A stretch of 58,943 bases of DNA, from the IMG/VR virus record IMGVR_UViG_3300028883_000054, positions 1-58,943 of that record. One strand, written 5' to 3'. This document shows, piece by piece, positions 55,704 to 58,943 of this stretch (positions are counted from its first letter, which is position 1; every line of letters starts with the position of its first letter). This DNA is from a virus. Its lineage: Duplodnaviria; Caudoviricetes. Under the pieces are notes generated by a model. The model did not search any database and was not told the DNA's origin. It was given only the letters and a program-made list of their open reading frames with translations. The translations under genes and the position numbers were made by a program.

Positions 55704-55889
55704 ATGAAAGAGAATAATTACAATTTAACAGTTGAAGAAGCTAAGGTTTTAAAGTCTGTCTTGTTAGATAAAGCGTTGAAACTTACTTATAGATGTAAAT
55801 CTTTATTAAGTCCTGATCAATTAACAGAATTGGATATTATGAATAAACAAATAGATAAATTAAGTAAATTAATTAAATCTTTTAAATAG
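55704..55889 (+). CDS. small early protein ([LF]T..E...L family)
   Basis: LTVEEAKVLKSVLLDK. Confidence 0.7.
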   Translation: MKENNYNLTVEEAKVLKSVLLDKALKLTYRCKSLLSPDQLTELDIMNKQIDKLSKLIKSFK

Positions 55890-55901
55890 AAGGAAAATAA
55901 A

Positions 55902-56132
55902 ATGGAAAATTTAAAAAATCAAGAAAATAAAGATCGAATTCCTTTAATTTTTACAGTAAAAGAAATTGAAATTTTAAAATCAATATTAATTGATAAAGTA
56001 AACGATCTCGAGTGGTTAAATCGTCCTTTATTTTTATCGGAAAAAATGCAAAAAGAATTCATCAATAAAACAATAGAAGAGATAGAACTTATAAAATCGA
56101 TTTTAATTAATACGGAAACAGATATTAAATAA
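55902..56132 (+). CDS. small early protein ([LF]T..E...L family)
   Basis: FTVKEIEILKSILIDK. Confidence 0.7.
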   Translation: MENLKNQENKDRIPLIFTVKEIEILKSILIDKVNDLEWLNRPLFLSEKMQKEFINKTIEEIELIKSILINTETDIK

Positions 56133-56156
56133 ATAATATAAAACGAGGAGAATAAA

Positions 56157-56660
56157 ATGGAGAACTATTTTAAAACCTGTGAAACCGTTGCTGATGTTAA
56201 AAAACTTTATAGAGAACTCGCGAAAGAAAATCATCCAGATCATGGCGGATCTACTCGAACAATGCAAATCATTAATGATTTGTATCATGCAAAATTAAGA
56301 AAACTGGATGGTCAAACTTCAATCGGGACAGATAAGAAAAAACATCAATATCATTATAATCACGTTGTCGAACAAGAGTTAATTGATAAAATTAACGAAT
56401 TGCTAAAAATTAAAATGATTGATGTTGAGATGGAATTAATAGGGACGTGGCTATGGGTTAAAGGAGATACGAAAAAATACAGAAAAGAATTTAAAAAATT
56501 AAAATTATGCTGGCATCCCAAGCGAAATGCTTGGTACTATCGCAAATATGATTATCGCCGAAAAATGAGCAATTTGAGCTTTGATCAATTGCGTCAGATG
56601 TACGGTTCTAAAGATATTGATCAAGAAGAGAAACAGATGAAAAAAGCTTTAAAAAAATAA
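56157..56660 (+). CDS. J-domain (DnaJ-like) protein
   Basis: VKK.YR.LA...HPD.GG....MQ.IN..Y; ELIGTWLWV.G.T C-domain. Confidence 0.85.
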   Translation: MENYFKTCETVADVKKLYRELAKENHPDHGGSTRTMQIINDLYHAKLRKLDGQTSIGTDKKKHQYHYNHVVEQELIDKINELLKIKMIDVEMELIGTWLWVKGDTKKYRKEFKKLKLCWHPKRNAWYYRKYDYRRKMSNLSFDQLRQMYGSKDIDQEEKQMKKALKK

Positions 56661-56673
56661 GCGAGGTGAAAAG

Positions 56674-56853
56674 ATGAAAACGTATAAAATTGAATTAACA
56701 GAAGTTGAAGCCGCTGTCATTAAAAATGTGCTGCAAAATACAGAGCACGATTTAGATAAATGGACAGAACCTGATGATGAAGATCTTTTAATGATTAAAG
56801 TCTGTAATAATGTTTCAAAAAAGATTTATAATACTTTCTGGGGAAAAAACTAA
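56674..56853 (+). CDS. 59-aa early protein ([LF]T..E...L family), not in ORF track
   Basis: GAGGTG RBS; MKTYKIELTEVEAAVIKNVL. Confidence 0.7.
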   Translation: MKTYKIELTEVEAAVIKNVLQNTEHDLDKWTEPDDEDLLMIKVCNNVSKKIYNTFWGKN

Positions 56854-56860
56854 CTACCAT

Positions 56861-56898
56861 AAACCTAATGCCCCGTCATTAAGGCGAGGCACTAATAA
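56861..56898 (+). repeat. intergenic hairpin repeat, copy B
   Basis: TGCCCCGTC-ATTAA-GGCGAGGCA; matches 161-198. Confidence 0.75.
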
Positions 56899-56912
56899 AC
56901 GAGGAGAAAATT

Positions 56913-57440
56913 ATGGCAACTTATAAAGAATCAATAAATAATTTAAGCGATTTAGTTAAATCGCCTCAATCTAAAATTAAAGATGCGCTTAGTGACGGTT
57001 TTTATATTAAAAATAGATGGATAGAAACAGTATTTAAGCGAGTTCCGGATAGCTTAAATTTAAGTCGGAAATATTCTCAAAGTGATGAGATAATAAATGA
57101 TTTTAAATTCCTTGCCGACTTACCGATTGAACATTTCTACGTTTTCTATCTTACCACTCGATTAGAAGTTTTAGGACTTCAATTAGCGGGAATTGGTTCA
57201 GTATTAGGAACAGAAATTGATATTCGAAATGTAACTTATAACGCCATACAATTAGGAAGCACTGCTGTTATTTTCCTTCATAATCATCCAAGCGGAGATT
57301 CTGAACCATCAAAGCCCGATAAAATTATTACAAATAAATTTAAAGCTATTTTTGAATTATTTGGAATAACTTTGGTTGACCATATAATTATTGCTTATAA
57401 TAATTATTATTCATTTGCGGATAATCGTTTAATTACATAA
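56913..57440 (+). CDS. radC: RadC-family JAB domain protein
   Basis: E.F....L, HNHPSGD..PS..D, LVDHIII, YYSF. Confidence 0.9.
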   Translation: MATYKESINNLSDLVKSPQSKIKDALSDGFYIKNRWIETVFKRVPDSLNLSRKYSQSDEIINDFKFLADLPIEHFYVFYLTTRLEVLGLQLAGIGSVLGTEIDIRNVTYNAIQLGSTAVIFLHNHPSGDSEPSKPDKIITNKFKAIFELFGITLVDHIIIAYNNYYSFADNRLIT

Positions 57441-57450
57441 TATTTTCTTT

Positions 57451-57559
57451 ATTTTTTTTTATTTTTTTTTATTTTTTGCTTGACTTTTTCAAATAAAATG
57501 TTTATATTAATAATAGATAAAGGGAATAATAAAAACAAACCAAACGAGGTGAAAAAATG
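57451..57559 (+). promoter_or_regulatory. early promoter/RBS repeat, copy 2
   Basis: TTGACT(57480)-17-TATATT(57503); near-identical to copy 1. Confidence 0.88.
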
Positions 57560-57991
57560 AAAAATTTATATGAAATAAGAACTAGCAGACATAATTTCAG
57601 AATATTATCTAATAACCTACAAGAAGCTGAAGAACAAGCTATTGAAATTATTAAAGTTAATGACCACAATCCTAATTTTTGCGGAAAGAATATGATCGTT
57701 CATCAAATTGAGAATGATACTAATTCAAAAATTTTTCAAGAAGCTTATTATAATGAATTTTTAGCATTTTTAAATAATATCGCAGGCGAAAAACTGGAAG
57801 TTATTGTTTTTGAAATTAATTATTTAGTTGTAAATATTAAGGTTTTAGGATCGGAATTAGGTACATTAAGACTTTTTAAAAATTATTCAACCCTTACTAC
57901 TCGCGATGGAATAGATCAAGGAAAATCACCTGTAACAGGACAATTTTATTTTCAACTGCAATTTGTTGAAAAAGAAGAAAATTTCAAATAG
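57557..57991 (+). CDS. hypothetical early protein
   Basis: ORF after promoter; LQEA...A..I...NP.F shared with 671..1063. Confidence 0.75.
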   Translation: MKNLYEIRTSRHNFRILSNNLQEAEEQAIEIIKVNDHNPNFCGKNMIVHQIENDTNSKIFQEAYYNEFLAFLNNIAGEKLEVIVFEINYLVVNIKVLGSELGTLRLFKNYSTLTTRDGIDQGKSPVTGQFYFQLQFVEKEENFK

Positions 57992-58008
57992 ATAAAAACC
58001 TGAATTAA

Positions 58009-58034
58009 TCGAGACTCCTCGGAGGGAGTCTCGA
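58009..58034 (+). repeat. hairpin derived from hammerhead 3' half
   Basis: TCGAGACTCCT-CGGA-GGGAGTCTCGA; flank matches 55418-55466. Confidence 0.65.
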
Positions 58035-58062
58035 GCAAATTAACCAAAACGAGGAGAAAGTT

Positions 58063-58344
58063 ATGATAATGTCATACAAAAGAGGATACCAAATAAAACC
58101 TAATAAAATAAACGAAAAGAAAATCATAAAAAGAAAGTATGAATTAGTAATTGACGGAAAAATCATCTGTGCTGATAATGTATATCATTATCAAGCTATT
58201 AATGAATTTGAATGGGATATTAAAGCATTTTTTTCACCTATGAATAAAACAGAATTTGAAAACTTATACAACGACTTTCAATCAGATGGAAATGGATGGA
58301 CCGCGGTGTATTTCGACCATATCGTCGAAATTCGCAGAGCGTAA
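58063..58344 (+). CDS. early protein, paralog of 671..1063
   Basis: KYELVIDG, INEFE.DI, VEIRRA. Confidence 0.75.
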   Translation: MIMSYKRGYQIKPNKINEKKIIKRKYELVIDGKIICADNVYHYQAINEFEWDIKAFFSPMNKTEFENLYNDFQSDGNGWTAVYFDHIVEIRRA

Positions 58345-58349
58345 GCACC

Positions 58350-58394
58350 CGGGCAACTGCGTAAGACGCCGTCGGTTCGCGGCCGGGTTGCCCG
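58350..58394 (+). ncRNA. candidate three-way-junction element, copy B
   Basis: same fold as 1069-1113 with GTTCG loop. Confidence 0.6.
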
Positions 58395-58441
58395 CAAAGA
58401 TCTATTAAATAAGAATATTAAATAAAATCGAGGAAAAAGCC

Positions 58442-58807
58442 ATGGAAACAAAAGATCAAAACAGAGCTATAATAATTAATATGATATCTTTTAATGCGAG
58501 AAAAAATCGGTATGTCTGTAAACACTGCGGCAAAAGCTATAAGACAGGGACGGGTTGCTTTAATCATATTAAAAATAATCATATGGATCTTGTCGTTAAT
58601 GTTAGACATCAAATGATTACAAAGGAACATGGATTAGAATCCGACGATGTACGACATAGAGAACCTAAAATAAATCAATACATGATCTCAGGCGAAAGAT
58701 TTAATTTATACTTTGCAGGAAAAGAAAGTAAAGAAGCATTTAAACAGGTTATAACCGAATTAGAGGAAATGATTAAGAAAAGTGAAGTAAAAATTAGAAA
58801 AGTATAA
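58442..58807 (+). CDS. C2H2-type Zn-finger protein
   Basis: YVCKHCGKSY.......HI...H. Confidence 0.7.
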   Translation: METKDQNRAIIINMISFNARKNRYVCKHCGKSYKTGTGCFNHIKNNHMDLVVNVRHQMITKEHGLESDDVRHREPKINQYMISGERFNLYFAGKESKEAFKQVITELEEMIKKSEVKIRKV

Positions 58808-58820
58808 ACTTATGTGGTTT

Positions 58821-58928
58821 ATTTTTTTTTATTTTTTTTTATTTTTTGCTTGACTTTTTCAAATAAAATGTTTATATTAATAATAGATAAAGGGAATAAT
58901 AAAACAAACCAAACGAGGTGAAAAAATG
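58821..58928 (+). promoter_or_regulatory. early promoter/RBS repeat, copy 3
   Basis: TTGACT(58850)-17-TATATT(58873); followed by ATG AAA ACA TCA AAA TTT as in copy 1. Confidence 0.88.
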
Positions 58929-58943
58929 AAAACATCAAAATTT

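Noticed and set aside
58327-58447. Diversity-generating retroelement TR/VR pair with 1046-1166
   Set aside because: Differences are not adenine-specific, the repeat is mostly intergenic and no reverse transcriptase is present
4002-58630. Numerous short antisense or nested ORFs in the track (e.g. 4967..5278, 7081..7320, 25397..25846, 53772..54173, 58418..58630)
   Set aside because: Shadow ORFs of well-supported genes without RBS or motifs; only the methylase nested ORF has family support
1-58943. Alternative genetic code, integrase/att site, rRNA or IS element
   Set aside because: Long genes are intact under the standard code with all three stops in use, and no recombinase, transposase or rRNA signatures were seen

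Overview
Near-complete, AT-rich tailed dsDNA phage genome (siphovirus-type: tape measure, tail tube, no sheath) of a bacterial host (sigma70-like TTGACW-17-TATATT promoters, GAGGAG RBS). The two window ends fall inside a second copy of a duplicated promoter+gene unit, so the genome probably closes into a circle/permutation with about 142 nt missing. There are two convergent arms. The + arm (54774-58943, continuing 1-23603) holds a cassette-like early array with three near-identical promoters, repeated structured spacers and a canonical hammerhead ribozyme, then recombination/replication genes (Mgm101/Rad52-like annealase, DEDDh exonuclease, iteron-bearing initiator, DnaC-like ATPase, two-frame C5 methyltransferase, RusA, MazG) and many small ORFs. 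The - arm (54664-23785) has a terminator-ended late leader, secreted cohesin-like and dockerin-like proteins around a tRNA-fMet, a ParB/radical SAM/GREB1-like glycosyltransferase cluster, terminase, portal, head and tail genes (with a -1 frameshifted tail chaperone) and holin-like genes. I recognised no integrase, endolysin, polymerase or reverse transcriptase. Family assignments come from motif recognition and gene order only; no database search was run.
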